This document shows, piece by piece, positions 13,149 through 26,599 of a stretch of 64,000 nt of DNA (positions are counted from its first letter, which is position 1; each line of letters begins with the position of its first letter). Origin of the DNA: Lama glama (taxonomy: Eukaryota); the NCBI GenBank assembly GCA_028534125.1, contig CM052816.1, positions 65,784,001 through 65,848,000 on the forward strand, read 5' to 3'. A program made the translations under genes and the position numbers. The notes beneath the pieces were generated by a model that worked only from the letters and a program-made list of their open reading frames with translations, was not told where the DNA came from and searched no databases.

Positions 13149-13608
13149 TGTGGGAAAGTCTTCAAGCCCCGCCCCACTTCCCCAGGACCCGCCCGAGTCC
13201 ACCTGCGCCTGTGGTGGGCAGATCCCGCATGTTCAGTCAGCTGCTCATCTGGGCAGCCGGGGACTTTCTCCATTCAAAACGGCTTGCTAGGCTGTGTGCA
13301 GGCTGCCCAGAGGGCTTGTGACTAAACACTCCCAGGGGCAACCCTCAGACATTGAAGGACCAGGATATACTTACACACCCCACATTTCACATGCTTCAGT
13401 ATTCACTCGAAGGGTCCCCAAGAAGGTTGAGTTCCATGTGCTCACAGTGGTCACTTGCTCATTAATGTACATTACACTGACTTTTGTCCCTTCTTGTCCC
13501 ACTTCCCAACCCCTAACTTCCTACAATTACCTCCCTGCCTCTTCTCCAAAGAAAAAACCCACACCAAGACCTTGCAGGGTCTGCCTTGGAGGAGTTCAAC
13601 TTGAGACT
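13149..13608 (+). mobile_element. Probable solo LTR (ERVL LTR16/LTR33-like) inserted in L2
   Basis: Begins with TG, GC-rich body, ends in CAGGGTCTGCCTTGGAGGAGTTCAACTTGAGAC resembling ERVL LTR termini; interrupts colinear L2 sequence. Confidence 0.6.
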
Positions 13609-14060
13609 AGTCTACATCCAAATGTCAATGTCCAAGGAGGAGGTAGATTTGCTATTTTGAAATTACGAAAAATGTCAGGGATGGAGGTATAGCTGGGAGG
13701 GATTAGTCTTTCACAAACCTGCATGAAAGCACAAGGTCTAAATATGAGTTGGTTCACACGTGTATTTATTTCTTCCTTCTCTGCCTCATGTTCTTTTTTC
13801 CATGTGAACCAGATGATGCTCATCAATGAACAGTCTGAGCTTTTGGCAGAGGCCACAGTGGATTTCTAGAGAATAGTAACCTGAGTAGTGATGACAGTTT
13901 GATTGGAAAAAAGAATTTCTTGAGAACTTCTCTTAAATCTGCATTTTCATAGAAAGCACATTGTTTTTACTTTCCTCCTATGTTAATTTGGAGTGGTTTT
14001 GGAAAAACTGGTGGAGATTATGGAAGGCAACACATGTCATCCTTTGGTGTTGGCATTACT

Positions 14061-14693
14061 GTTTTTTTCCATTTTTTTAAATTGAAATATAGTCAGTTTA
14101 CAATGTTGTGTCAATTTCTGGTATACAGCATAATGTTTCACTCATATATATATATACATATATTCCCTTTCATTTTCTTTTTCATTATAGATTACAAGAT
14201 ATTGAATATTGTGCCCTGTGCTATACAGTAGAAACTTGTTTTTTATCTATTTTATATATAGTAATATCTGCAAATCTCAAGCTCCCTTCCCTCTTCCCCC
14301 CACAGTAACTGTAACTTTGTTTTCTATGCCTGTGAGTCTTTCTGTTTAGTAAATAAGTTCATTTGTGTCTTTTTTTTTTTAGATTCCATATATGAGTGAT
14401 ATCATATGGTATTTTTCTTTCTTTTTCTGGCTTACTTCACTTAGGATAACAATCTCCAGATTCATCCATGTTGCTGCAAATGACATTATTTTATTGTTTT
14501 TAATGGCTGAGTAGTATTCCATTGTGTAAATATATCACAACTGTTTATCCAATCATCTGTTTATGAACATTTAGGTTGTTTCCATGTCTTGGCTGTTGTA
14601 AATAGTGCTTCTATGAACATTGGGGTGCATGTATCATTTCAAATGAGAGTTTCCTCCAGATATATGCCCAGGAGTAGGACTGTTGAATCATAA
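14061..14693 (-). mobile_element. 5'-truncated L1 (3' end and UTR)
   Basis: T tail, TTGAAATATAGTCAGTTTACAATGTTGTGTC, typical antisense L1 3' sequence; TSD TGGCATTACT at 14051-14060 and 14694-14703. Confidence 0.9.
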
Positions 14694-15294
14694 TGGCATT
14701 ACTTTTTAATGACAGTTTATGCTCAGCCATGCTTTTTTGCTTGCCTGGCTCAGAAGCATGTTTTGTATGATGATTTGAGCAGGAAAACAAGTAGAGGTGA
14801 ATGAGATCCTCATTAACTAGGTAGGACAGCCAGCAGCAGGCAAGGTAAACACCATACTTATTTCCAATCTGTTGTTCAACTGAATGTGAAAACAGATCAT
14901 TTTCTCTCATTCTGACTCAGAATATCAGATAAAACACAACTCTTTTTGCATACCCTATATCACATTCCAGAGTCATTTCAATTTCTTATTTCCAGCAAGC
15001 ACGCAGAATTTAATGTTTCCTGCTGAGCAGTTATCCAAATCATTGTAAATCAGTGGAGTCACTCACATAAATAAGATTTTTATTCTAACTGAAGAGTTAA
15101 TTCAAGCACATAAAAATATCCCTAACTCTGACATAATTAAAATGGTAATATTTTTATTAGTTACTACCCTGTGAAGTTTCAGGTGACTAATACATTTCCA
15201 AATGGCCCTCACAGCCATACTAACATTTTTTAATGAAATGGTTCTATATCGTTAAGCTGAATGGACAATATTTGATTTCTAATATATTCTCCAA

Positions 15295-15446
15295 TTTTTA
15301 ACTTATTTTTATTCATTTTATAAATTTTGGGGGGGAGGGGTAATTAGCTTTTATTCATTTATTTTGTTAATGGAGGTACGAGGGATTGAACCCAGGACCT
15401 TGTTCATGCTAGGCATGCTCTCTACCACTGAGCTATACCCTCCCTC
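15295..15446 (-). mobile_element. tRNA-derived SINE (vic-1-like)
   Basis: Reverse complement of GAGGGAGGGTATAGCTCAGTGGTAGAGAGCATGCCTAGCATG...GGGTTCAATCC with T-rich tail. Confidence 0.88.
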
Positions 15447-16439
15447 ACCCCCCAGTTTTGAATATTTAATTTTCTTTTGTCAAATGGAAAAACAGTATTT
15501 ATCAGAGCAAGTTTCTGAAGTAATGGGGGCAAACATGGTTGCTAATATCCTCCTACATTGAGGAAGTTCTTTTAAAAACATTCCCACTAAGAAACACAAC
15601 CGCGTGGAATATTTATGTACACGTTTAAAAATAGAGAGGTAGGATACCAGCTCTGAGAACTGCCCTACCCGTACATGCATCCTCCAGAAGTTTTAGGAGT
15701 CAGTCCCCAGATGAGGAAGGCTAAACAAGTGCCCTGGTAGATCTAGTTGAAGCTCTTGGCTCTTTCTTTGCGTGAAGCTGCAGTCCTGAAAAGCTTTCTT
15801 CACAAGAGGGAGCTGTGCATACATCTAGCTTTTTCATAGAAGTTCCTTGCAGACTGGCATGAAGGGGGTCTCTAAATTTCCAAAGAGCTTGATCTCTTTC
15901 TCTTTTTGCTTTTTTTTTTTTTTCTGGCCACAGATGTTCTACCTCTAGAAGGCAGACTGCTCTGTCTTCTCTAGTTAAATGTCTGCAGACCACATCATGC
16001 TGCTTCCAATTTGACTTTAAATCCTGTCATCCTAGGTGTTAAATGATGTGTATGCTTTCTGGCTTCACTGCGCCTCTCTGACCCTTTAATGTCTCAGCAA
16101 CATGAAAACTATGAGACATATTTAATTTAACATGGATTCAAAAGTTTGTATTCTTGACCTTCGATTGAAATTTAATCAAACTCAAAACCTAAAACTCCTA
16201 ATGGGAAAAAAGAAATTTGACTATTCAGGTTTTTTCAGTAACACATGTTTAGTTTTATTTAATTTATAAAAGTGTAATTTTTCAATGTGTGGTAGAAAAT
16301 TTGAACATTACAGGAAAGAATGTTTAAAAAGACCTATGACCCCTACCAGCCAGAGTTAACACTGTCAACATTTTGGTGTATATTTTTATTAATTGGAAGT
16401 AATTGATAAATGCTTTTCAGGAATAACTAGATTCTATTT

Positions 16440-16865
16440 AGTATCAGCATTTATAATGCACCTCTATCATGTCACAAAATTATTATTTCCTTTTTGTGAT
16501 GGGGATAGTTAAGATCCAGTCTCTTAGCAAGTTTCATGTTTACAATGCAACATTGTTGTCTGTAGGCGCTGTACTCTGTATCAGATCTCCAGGATTTATT
16601 TACCTACTAGTTGGAAATTTGTACTCTTAAATAACATCTCTCCCATTCCAGAACCCCCCAGTCCCTGGCCACCTCCATTTTACTCTGTTTTCATGAGTTC
16701 AACTTTTTTGGATTCCACGTGTAAGTGATATCATTCAGTATTTGCCTTTCTCTGTCTGACATATTTCACTAAGCATAATGTGCTGAAGGCCCATCCATGT
16801 TGTTGCAAATGGCAGGATTTCCTTCTTTCTCATGGCTGAATAATACTCCATCGTGTGTGTATGGA
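16440..16865 (-). mobile_element. L1MA-like 3' fragment
   Basis: TTTTTGGATTCCACGTGTAAGTGATATCATTCAGTATTTG...CATCCATGTTGTTGCAAATGGCAGGATTTCC antisense L1 pattern. Confidence 0.8.
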
Positions 16866-16871
16866 TATCAT

Positions 16872-16910
16872 ACACACACACACACACACACACACATACA
16901 CACACACACA
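16872..16910. repeat. (CA)n microsatellite
   Basis: Directly visible, one interruption. Confidence 0.95.
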
Positions 16911-19261
16911 ACTTTATAATGCATTTTTAACAAAGTATTAACACTAGTGTCTTCTTGAAAATGCTAGTCTATGATTTTTTGCTATTTTTGCTATTTTCTC
17001 TGAACTCTGTGATAAGTTAGTACTAGAGTTGCAAATATACATTTTTAAATGTACCTGCAGAGTCATTCCTCTGAACCCGAGATAATTAACAGTCCTTGGA
17101 GCACTGGAGAGCCAAGGCTCCTGAAATGACTCTGCAGGACTTACTCCTTCCTGGTTGGATTCTTTTCAAGCATCCAACTCCAAACATGAGCTGAGACTGT
17201 TTGGTAATTATCTGTATGAGTTCTTCAGTTTCATGGAGACTAAAATTAGGTTTCCTCTGTCACTCTTGTGATGTCATTTGACCTTGTCCTGCATCTCAAA
17301 TTGCTGAGAAATTCACAAGCTTTTTCCAATAGGCACATCAGAAATAGTAGGTGAAAAATAGATTCATTGATATTGGGGGTTATTTTTGCTTTTTTTTTAC
17401 AAAATAAAGTCTCTCTTGTCCATGACAAACTAGGCTCAACATTGATATAATATTCGTTTAAAATATAACAAAAGGAAACAAAAAATACAACCCAGAGAAA
17501 AGCCAAAGTTCCCATTTATTGAAACAACTCCTGATTTCATAGATTTTATAGGATATTTTGTATAATATCAATAACTGTATAAAATTCCCAATCATCCCAT
17601 TCCTAATTACCTGGCTAACTCATAAATTACTAAGAATTACACAGTATGGAAAAATTTAGAAAACATATTACCTAGGACTAAAGTGGAATAAGACCTCATG
17701 ATTGGCAACTTTTATCACTTCATGGGTATTGATTTTGATAATTTATAATCTTTGGCAAATCTTAGCATTTACTTTGTAATCTAATGTACTTTTGTTAATA
17801 AAATTTAGGAATTCAAATTTATTATGGTATTTACATTATATAGAAAAAACACGTTGAGTTTACCTGTCCAAAGTTTACCCTTTAAAATAGACTCAATATG
17901 AAAGCATAGAGACTTAAATTTAGGTTCATCATAATGTATTAAGGCATACATGTTATTCAGATGAATCTCATTATAACAGTCTAGTTCTCATTGTTTAAGT
18001 CCAGTGTGATAATTACCTGTTCAAAAGGAAGTTCTTAAATATTACTGGCAGAATCTAGTGGTGTTCACTATAAAATTCTTTCGACTTTTCTGAATTTTTG
18101 AAAATTTTCAAAATACTATTTTGGAAAAAAATCTCTTTTTGGTATGGCAAGAACCACATTCTACATTATTTTCTGAAACAAGTTTAAACGCCCCATCAAG
18201 TTAGTGTTTCAGGCATCTGTAATTCAGCTCATTCTGGAATATTCCAGAGCTGATTGCAGTATTTATGGCATTCTTTTTTTTTTCCTTTACTTGTAAGAGA
18301 AAAATGCCGAGGGACGGTTAGTCATTTTTAATGTATGCGCACTATTGATACATTTTATTGAGAAAATGCTGACCGTCATAGGTTAAGAGATGTTTTTATG
18401 AGGTGAGATGTTTTCCCAGTCCCAAGCTTCTATAAACAGAGACCATTTTTCTTTTGTATCCTTAGCCACTTAGCACTGACTTAGACCCACATGCGGTACT
18501 AAGCATGAAATAAGGACTTCTTTATAAATGTCTCTCTCCTGCACCCCTCCCAGTGTAACATAGCATTGAGACTAAACTGCCAGAGGAGAGGCATTTCCCC
18601 TGGGCTGGGTGCTGTGAAAGATGTTTTACCAAAAACATCTTATTTGATTTGGTTTTAATGTTAGTCATCTGGAAAATCGCCTTCTCCTTAACTATATGCA
18701 TTTTTCATAAACAAAAGCTCACATCATTGTCCATTTCTAGAAATATTTTTCGTCCCTTCTCACCCTACTTCCCTGATACTTTTTGAAAATGTAAGCCCAG
18801 TCCAATTTTTCATAAGCCTTGAGGAACAGTTTTTGGTTTATTCAGCTCTAAGCTCCGTTTAGACATAATTGTGTTTGCCATTGGTCACCAGATGCATCCC
18901 ACACAGCACCTGACACATAGTAGATGCTTAATACATATTTATGAGCAGGGGAGAAGGAGGGAGGGAGGGAAGAAAGGAAGGATGGATCGGCTGTTAAATA
19001 AATTGTTGTATGGAAACTAGCTTTCTGGGCCATGTCTTTGAGGGTTTTGTGATTTAGTTAGGTTCACTCTTAGAATGTCTACAGAAATACTTCTTGCTCC
19101 CAACATTTTGTTATATAGTGCCCAACAGACCTTACAAATCCAGTTATGGTTTTGTTTCTTTGACTGCAATTTATTTTCATTTCAAAGTAAATCCAATCTC
19201 TTGAGTCACCATAACTTGGATATCAAACTAAAAAATGTCCAATTTATGCTATACATAAATG

Positions 19262-19450
19262 ATTTTTTAATTGAAGTATAGTCAGAATGTGTCAATTTCT
19301 GATGTACAAGATAATGACCCAGTCATGCATATATATATAGATATATATATATATATATATATACATACATATATTTGCTTTCATATTCTTTGTCATTAAA
19401 GGTTATTTTAAGATATTGATTATAGTTACCGGCACTATAGAACAGAATTT
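19262..19450 (-). mobile_element. Short L1 3' end with (TA)n
   Basis: TTTTTAATTGAAGTATAGTCAG...CATATTCTTTGTCATTAAAGGTTATTTTAAGATATTGA, same family as 14061-14693. Confidence 0.8.
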
Positions 19451-19987
19451 TTTTACGCACACACATATATATATAATTGTATGTCATGTCACCTGAGCAA
19501 CAAAAGAACAACTGTAACTTCTCAAATTTACTTCTACATTTTCAAGGTAATGAGTTTACTTGAAGAACTCCCTAATTTAGAAATGGCTTATTCTCTAAAA
19601 CATAGAAGTAAGCCAGTGTTTTACTCAAGGCCACATTATTTACCACTTACCAAACTTGTAAAAGGCACTTAACTCCACTGAACCAATAGAAGTAAAATTA
19701 GTGAAGCAGTGGAAGGGTCAGAAGGTGCCTGATTGCCTTATTAATAGTCTGGTTGTGTAAATCTCTATTATAAAGTTCTTAGGTGGTTTGGAGGGATAGC
19801 TAGAAAATGGTGCCTTAAATTGTATGCATCCTGTCACAACACAAAAACTAGTAACAAAAATAAACTCTATTTTCTTTCACTGCTACTCACGCACCCAGAT
19901 TTCTGTTTTAGCTCCTAAAGAAATGCTACCATTGGCTGAATGGACTGAAAAGTGTTTATATTTCTCTTCTGTTTAAAATTGACAGAG

Positions 19988-20173
19988 AGTAGACAACAAG
20001 GTCCTACTGTACAGCACAGGGAACTATATTCAATACCTTGCAAAGGCTTATAATGAAAAAGAGTATGAAAAGCAATATGTATATATGTATACATGAATCA
20101 CTATGTTGTACACCAGAAATTAACACAACATTGTGAATCAACTATACTTCAATAAAAAATTAAATTATTAAAT
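19988..20173 (+). mobile_element. Short L1 3' end
   Basis: CAACAAGGTCCTACTGTACAGCACAGGGAACTATATTCAA...CTATACTTCAATAAAAAA; near-TSD TAAA(A/T)TT(G/T)ACAGAG. Confidence 0.88.
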
Positions 20174-22329
20174 TAAATTTACAGAGGAAAATGGAGAGTG
20201 ATACACAGTGCTACAAACACTGACATTGTATTATCGCTTTTCCTCAAGCCTTACTAAACCCTGCCAGGCCTCCTCTCTCCGCTTCTCTGTCTCCTTATCA
20301 CAGCTGAGTCCGCTCAGCCTCCAACTGCAACCTCAGTCCCAGTCCAGGCCCACAGATCAATCTTGTGCCTACAATTAGGAATCTAAAGAGCTTGGGTAAA
20401 CCACCTGCTGTGAAGACAAGATCTGAGATAGTCAAAACTGACTCAGACTCACATCGCTGTCAGAGATTAATTTTGTGATGTCAGCCAAGTTACTTAACCT
20501 CTTTGATCTTCAGATGTCTCATCTGTAAAATGGTACACAGTAATGTCTACCAGTGAGGTGGTGAAGACTTACTAAGATTATGTAACTATTATATCTGTTA
20601 TCTGTTCCTTCTGTGATAATCCAAAACTTTCTCATGGCTTAACTCTCCAAAGAAGGGACTCACCCTCATTCATTCCTTAGCTCACTTACATTCTAGGCAT
20701 GTGCTGGTTCACAGCATAGGTTTTACAGTTAAGAGAGAGCTGAGTTCTCATCTTATTCATTGAATGTGTCATCATAGGGGCAAATTAACTTTTTAAGTCT
20801 CTATTTCCTTAGCTGGAAAATAGAATAAAAACAAGACAAGCTCATAGGTATATTATTATGAGGATAATGTAACTTATATTAAGCCCATATCATACAATAA
20901 ATATGAAATAAGTGGTTGATACTATCATAGTAAAATAAGGAATTAGGAAATTACCCTGACCTTAGGATGATGTTTGCTTCACAGAAACAGGGAGTATCAG
21001 GGTGAGGAAGGGGTCTGGGGGTGACAGGTCAGCAATAAGTGCCCAGGAATGGGACCGTTTATGGGTGTTGGCTTCAATAAATGGATATCCAGATTTAGTG
21101 AGATACTGAACAATGTCATGGAAAAAGTTCATGGTGCCAAAGTTGAAGGCATGAGATTGTTGTTACTTAGAAATTCGTGGTATTTGGGGTCTTTTTTCTT
21201 TCTCCTGAGGGAGCAGTGTTTTATCTCAGCCTGGTAATTCCATCACTGCTTTTTCTTGCTTGTTAACATAGTTCCAAGAAGCTGAAAAGGCCATTTCTGC
21301 CCTTATTTGGTGCATGGGTGACAAGAAGCCCAGCAGAAGCTGGAATCAGTGCTGCAGATGCTTTTCCAATTAAACAACCTGTCTTCAGGATCCCATAAGT
21401 TTTCAAAAAAATAAATGATAATGTTCCTATATTTAGGCAAAGCACAGGATTTGGAATAATGGAGAAAAATTCCATCAGCTAAGTTTAGTAGAATCCCTTG
21501 CCACTTAATTTTTTTCAGTTCTTGTAAACAGAACCAACAGACGGTTTTCAATCTGCAAAGAAAACATTCAGCTTTTGTTATAGGATTAACCTTTCAAACA
21601 TAACAGCTTGATAGTCTATCCTTACACACTTGGGATGAAAAGATTTCAAACAGAGGGGGGAGAAAAAGACCCAACAAAACTAAAGATTGGTACCTTTTTG
21701 AAACTGGTTAAATGATATGCCTATGTACCTTGCTCATAAAGTAACCCATTTTAGAGGACAATTCTTAAAACTGGAAATGTTTCTAACAGTATAAAAAATA
21801 GTTGTCCTTGTTCCCCAAAAAGCTTACCAGCATTAGCAGTAGTGTCTAAAATTTGGGATGGCATTTGCCAAATGCTTTTATATAAATTACCCTATTCATT
21901 CTTCTCAAAAACTCTTTGCAGTGGTTTTCATTTGGACAACGTACTGAACTCAACAAGGTTGGGCAACAGTGCTCAAGGTCACATGGCAAATTCATAGCTT
22001 AACTGTGGCTCTCATTCCCCCTACCAGGGCTGCCCTGAATATTTGCCCAATGGTGTTTCATTAAAAAAAAAAAAATCCTGAGGACAGGCCTGTAATTGAT
22101 TTGGTCATAACAGTAACGGTGGTTTTTCTGGTTTTGTTATTTTATTTTATTTTATTTCACTGATTAATTGCTACAATTGTGGCTTTGTCAGAGGCATCAT
22201 CTAAAAAAAGAGAATACAGCAGTCCCACCTAAATTACCCATGGAAAAAAATTGTGCCCCTATTTCAGAACATAAAAGAATATAATGTAGGTGATGCTCTT
22301 ATTTTCAAGAGGTCCTGAGATAACTGGTT

Positions 22330-22590
22330 TATTCATTCATTAAACAAAATTATTATGACTTATTTTTCCAAGCCATTTGCTAGGTACTGGGGGTCTAGTG
22401 GGAAAGCAGGCACAATTTATGTCCTCATGATGTTTAGGTCTATCAGGGAAGCTAGACATTGAGAAGATAATTACAAATGTGCTGATAGTGACAAACAGGA
22501 AGTGCAAAGTGCTGTGGAGACATCCCTTGGTCTGGGAAAGCAGGAAAGCTTCCTGGAGGAAGTGACTTTCAAGATGAAATTCTGTATCTA
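22330..22590 (-). mobile_element. L2 fragment
   Basis: ATTCATTCATTAAACAAAATTATTATGA start and GGAAAGCTTCCTGGAGGAAGTGAC motif. Confidence 0.75.
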
Positions 22591-25107
22591 CCCTTACACT
22601 CATCGGTCAATAGCTAAGGAGGATTTTTTTCAGTCTGCAATCATGAGTACAATAATGAAAAGAAATTTTTTCTGACTTTTAAAATCTTCATATACAGAAC
22701 ATTAGACAAACATTTATTGACCCCAAAAGATTTTTACACACATTTCAAAACATCATGCTTAGCTGTTTATTTCAAGTGATTAGCCTAGATTAATTTCAAT
22801 TTTTTAAAGTATTTGTCTCTAGAAATATTTCCTGTTGACTACTTCTAAAAAGTCTCCTAGGACTTTGTCACTTACTAGACACTTAAGAAATATAACATAT
22901 CTTTCCCTTTTCTCTTATTTCTTCCCCTCTAATCTCTTTCCTTCACCCTCCATTTGCCCAGGTGTTTAGAAAGAACTCAGTGTTTTATTGGAAAGAAGAG
23001 GCTTGACCTAATTATTTTCCAAATTGCTAAACATTTCTGAAACGTGTAGATAGAAACTTTAAGTGTAGAACAAAGCACTTTGATTCACAATCTAGTTTTA
23101 TTTATCTTTTATTTGTATTTAAGCATGCCTCTTGTCATTTATTTTATTCTATGTCTTAATAATTTTAGCTCTTGAATTACATTTTATTTCTATTTGTGTC
23201 CTAGAACATACATGAATAAGAGATGCATTTGAAGCAGCTTAAAACACAGATGCTCTTAATGCTCTTAAGACTGTGGGATACTATCAATTTCTTCTGGTAC
23301 TCTGCTGGGTTACAGCTGATAGAAAGCAATTGTCCTCGACTGTGGAACATGGAATAATTGACCTCTAAGTGAAGTAGACACGTATAAGATTTAGAATGAC
23401 CATTTGAAGGCAATTCAGAGAAAATGTGAGCATTATTTTGCAGCATTTCCATTTGGAGTCATAATTGATAGCTGATTATGATACTATGTTAATATAATAA
23501 AAATTGTTTAAACTGCAATTACATATACTGAATGAATACTAGTTTTTGAAATGCACTAGTCTGGTTGTTGAATTTCCTTTCAGCTCACTCTTTTGCAACA
23601 GATCACCCTGAAAATAGAATTGTTATAATGAAACTCTTACCAGAGGTAGCCGAATCACGAACATGAAATGATAAATGAAATGAAGTTGTTTGCTTCCACC
23701 TTAACGTCTGCTGCTTTTGAGTCTGCAGCCAGCAACTATTTCAAAATACAGCATTATCCTGAACCCATATCTCTGCCTGCTCTGGTTTCCTGAGGCAATG
23801 TATTTCAACATCATGCAACCCCTCTAATATAACTGTTTCTCTGCAGTTTAGCTCAGACTTTCCACTTCCACTTGTCAAATAGTGACTTGATGTATAAATA
23901 AATGCTTATGTAGATTATGTTTAAATTCCCCTACTTATATATTTTTTAATTTTCCTCCTTTAAAATTGGGGCTTTTCAAATTTATTTCATAGTAGCAATT
24001 TCTGAGGAAATTCTGAGTCTCTGTGTCAGACACCAAAATCCAAGCTTGCCATTTTAACATCTGGAATCTTGGAACCCAAATCCCAGAAATGTTCAAGATG
24101 CAAAGACGCCTTATTTAGAGCTCTGCAGAACATGAAATCTATGTTATTGGCAGGAGGTGGGCATTTTCTTGCAATTTTAGGGAGGTTAGGAATTATGTGA
24201 ATAAGAACTGGGTGGAGGCAAAGTTTAGATTTCTGAATCTGATTTGCCCCAGTATGTAAGCTTAGTTTCCAACTTGTAGAAGAAGAGTTTGTCTCAGAGG
24301 TGGAGCATCTCTCTGTGCCATTCAATCATGCTTTTCCTAAAACTTCTTCTGGAAAATAAATGCTTCATAATATGACAGAAATTAAAATATCCAAAATATT
24401 CCTTCCCTACCCTTTAGTAAATGTGAAGTGAAAGTTATAAACAGCTACTTGAAATATAAATATAAATGACAGCGAAGGTTCATCCTAGTATACATCTAAT
24501 TTTTAAAATTTTTTTTCTAGTTGTCTAAATTCTCATGTCTGAAGTACTAGCCAGTCCCTCAAAATAATATTCATGTTTATACTTGAAATCAAGGCTTAAC
24601 TTCGCTCATTATTCAGCTCAGAAATGTTTTATTTCTGTGAACTTGCTGAAACCTGGTAACCGAGGGGGAATTCAGTGTAATTGTATGAAAGAAATGGGAA
24701 GGAGGTGATAAGTAATTATTTAAGGAGAAAAGGACATTAACATTTGCAGATACTTCTTGTGTCTGTATCCAATTTCACATTATGAAAAGGGACTAAAGTT
24801 GCCATTTTCCTAGTCATAATTTCACAGTTGCTCCATTGTTTTTATCTTGCTTAACTGCTCTAGATGCCTGCTTTCAAGAACTGATGGTGGGAGGCAGAAG
24901 GAATATTTTGGCAATAATGAAAAACACAACTTTGCATCTCCTTCAATGTACATTTCTTTTTGAAAAATGTAGACGTTCTGTAATATCTTCATTCTGTATT
25001 ACTATTATGCCTTTGTATTTTATCAGTTAGGTATCAATTAACAACATTCTTTTCAAAATGTAAATTGGCATGGACAATGACAAGTGTTAGTCAAAATGCC
25101 TGTTGCT

Positions 25108-25216
25108 CAGGGTATGAGGGACTGTGTAGTTCAGTGGTAGAGCACATGCTTGGCAAGTACAAGGTTCTGGGTTCAATCTCCAGTGCCCCCATCAGGGGAA
25201 AACAATGTATTTTTTT
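25108..25216 (+). mobile_element. tRNA-Ala-like SINE or tRNA retrocopy with 14-bp TSD
   Basis: TAGTTCAGTGGTAGAGC...GGGTTCAATCTCC head, flanked by AAATGCCTGTTGCT at 25094-25107 and 25217-25230. Confidence 0.82.
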
Positions 25217-26599
25217 AAATGCCTGTTGCTGGCTTTAGCCTTCCTAGGAAGCTAGAGTCACTCTTGCTGTGACAAGAGCAATCTGGATAACTATAAAGCA
25301 AGCAATATTTTTCTGCTTCCAATGTAGTATATATGGACTGCAGCTTTCATTTTTAAAAAACCGGTGATGCTATTTGACCTACAAAATTTTAAATGCCACC
25401 AGGCAAAATGAGAGCTCTGTATTGCACGGGAGCTGAAAGAAGTAAATCTTTGTCAGTCCTTTCCCTCTTGCTCCCTTGCTTGACTCTGTGACCACCCCTT
25501 CTCTCCCTTCCCACCAGTCTTCCCCCCTCCCCCACCAGCTTTCAGGGACATCCCCTCTCTTCACCCAGACTCCCAGTTCTTTTCCACTGTCTGGCTTCAG
25601 TCTCAGAGGATGCCATTCTCCTAAACACCAAGTTGTTCAGCTCTGTGTCAACTCTGCCAGGCCTGTGTACATTACCTAAGAGTTGTCTTGACATGGAAAT
25701 TAACTAGAATAACGGAATGAAGTGCTAACCATGGAATTTCACGCATCAGAAAGTGCAGGCTGGTGTAGATCTGGGCACCTTCTTTCAAAGAACACCAGGA
25801 GGGGGACCACCAATTTTGCTCTTGTGAAATGAGGCTCCAGACACAGAAGCAAAAATGTGGAGTTTGTGAAGCATTAAAATATTGCCAGTTGGTTCAGAGA
25901 GAATGTGTTTATTTTTGAACTCGTGGCTCCTCCGAGATCGCTGCCATTCAGCCAGCTATCATCACTCATGCACTCTTTTAGGCCATCTGTTAGATAATGA
26001 AGTGGTGAAACCATAGAAGTGTTTTCTATTGCTCACTCCCAAAGCTGAGACAGAACGTGTGGTGTTCTTGAGAACCCCTGGTATGCTGGATGCTGTTGTG
26101 AAAATAAGTGTCTTATTAACTGACTTGAGCTTTTACGGAAACTCCATGAATACTTTGGACCCCTTGGGTATATAAGAGGTAGATGGGCGAGAGGGGGCCT
26201 CAAAATTTGGCAGATGTGTGGATCATCACCAAGTTCAACTATTGGCCAGTTTTGCCCAGTTCAGAGGGGGTTAAATCACGGTTGGGCACTCCAAGCCTCT
26301 CTAATCTTATCCTGGAGAAGTGGAGTTCTGCCTTGGTTTACAGTTGAGGTCGCCAGTGGGGCAGTGTTTGGACAGGGACTGATGGAATTATGCTGTGTTG
26401 TTAACATTAAATAGCACTTGGTGGTGAGGACCGATGACGGCATTGGGGTCCTTTGACTCCTTGAGTACAATCTTGAAATATATGCCTCACCAAAATGGGA
26501 AGGGCTCAGTTTGGCTTTCATCATTTATTTGATTTGAAAGAAGGTTGTTTTAAGGGACTTATCAGAGACTTAAGAAATGTTTCTAGGGAATAGAAAATG

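Noticed and set aside
19515..19552. AAG|GTAATG recursive-site-like motif
   Set aside because: Interrupted pyrimidine tract, AAG acceptor and weaker donor; expected at background frequency.
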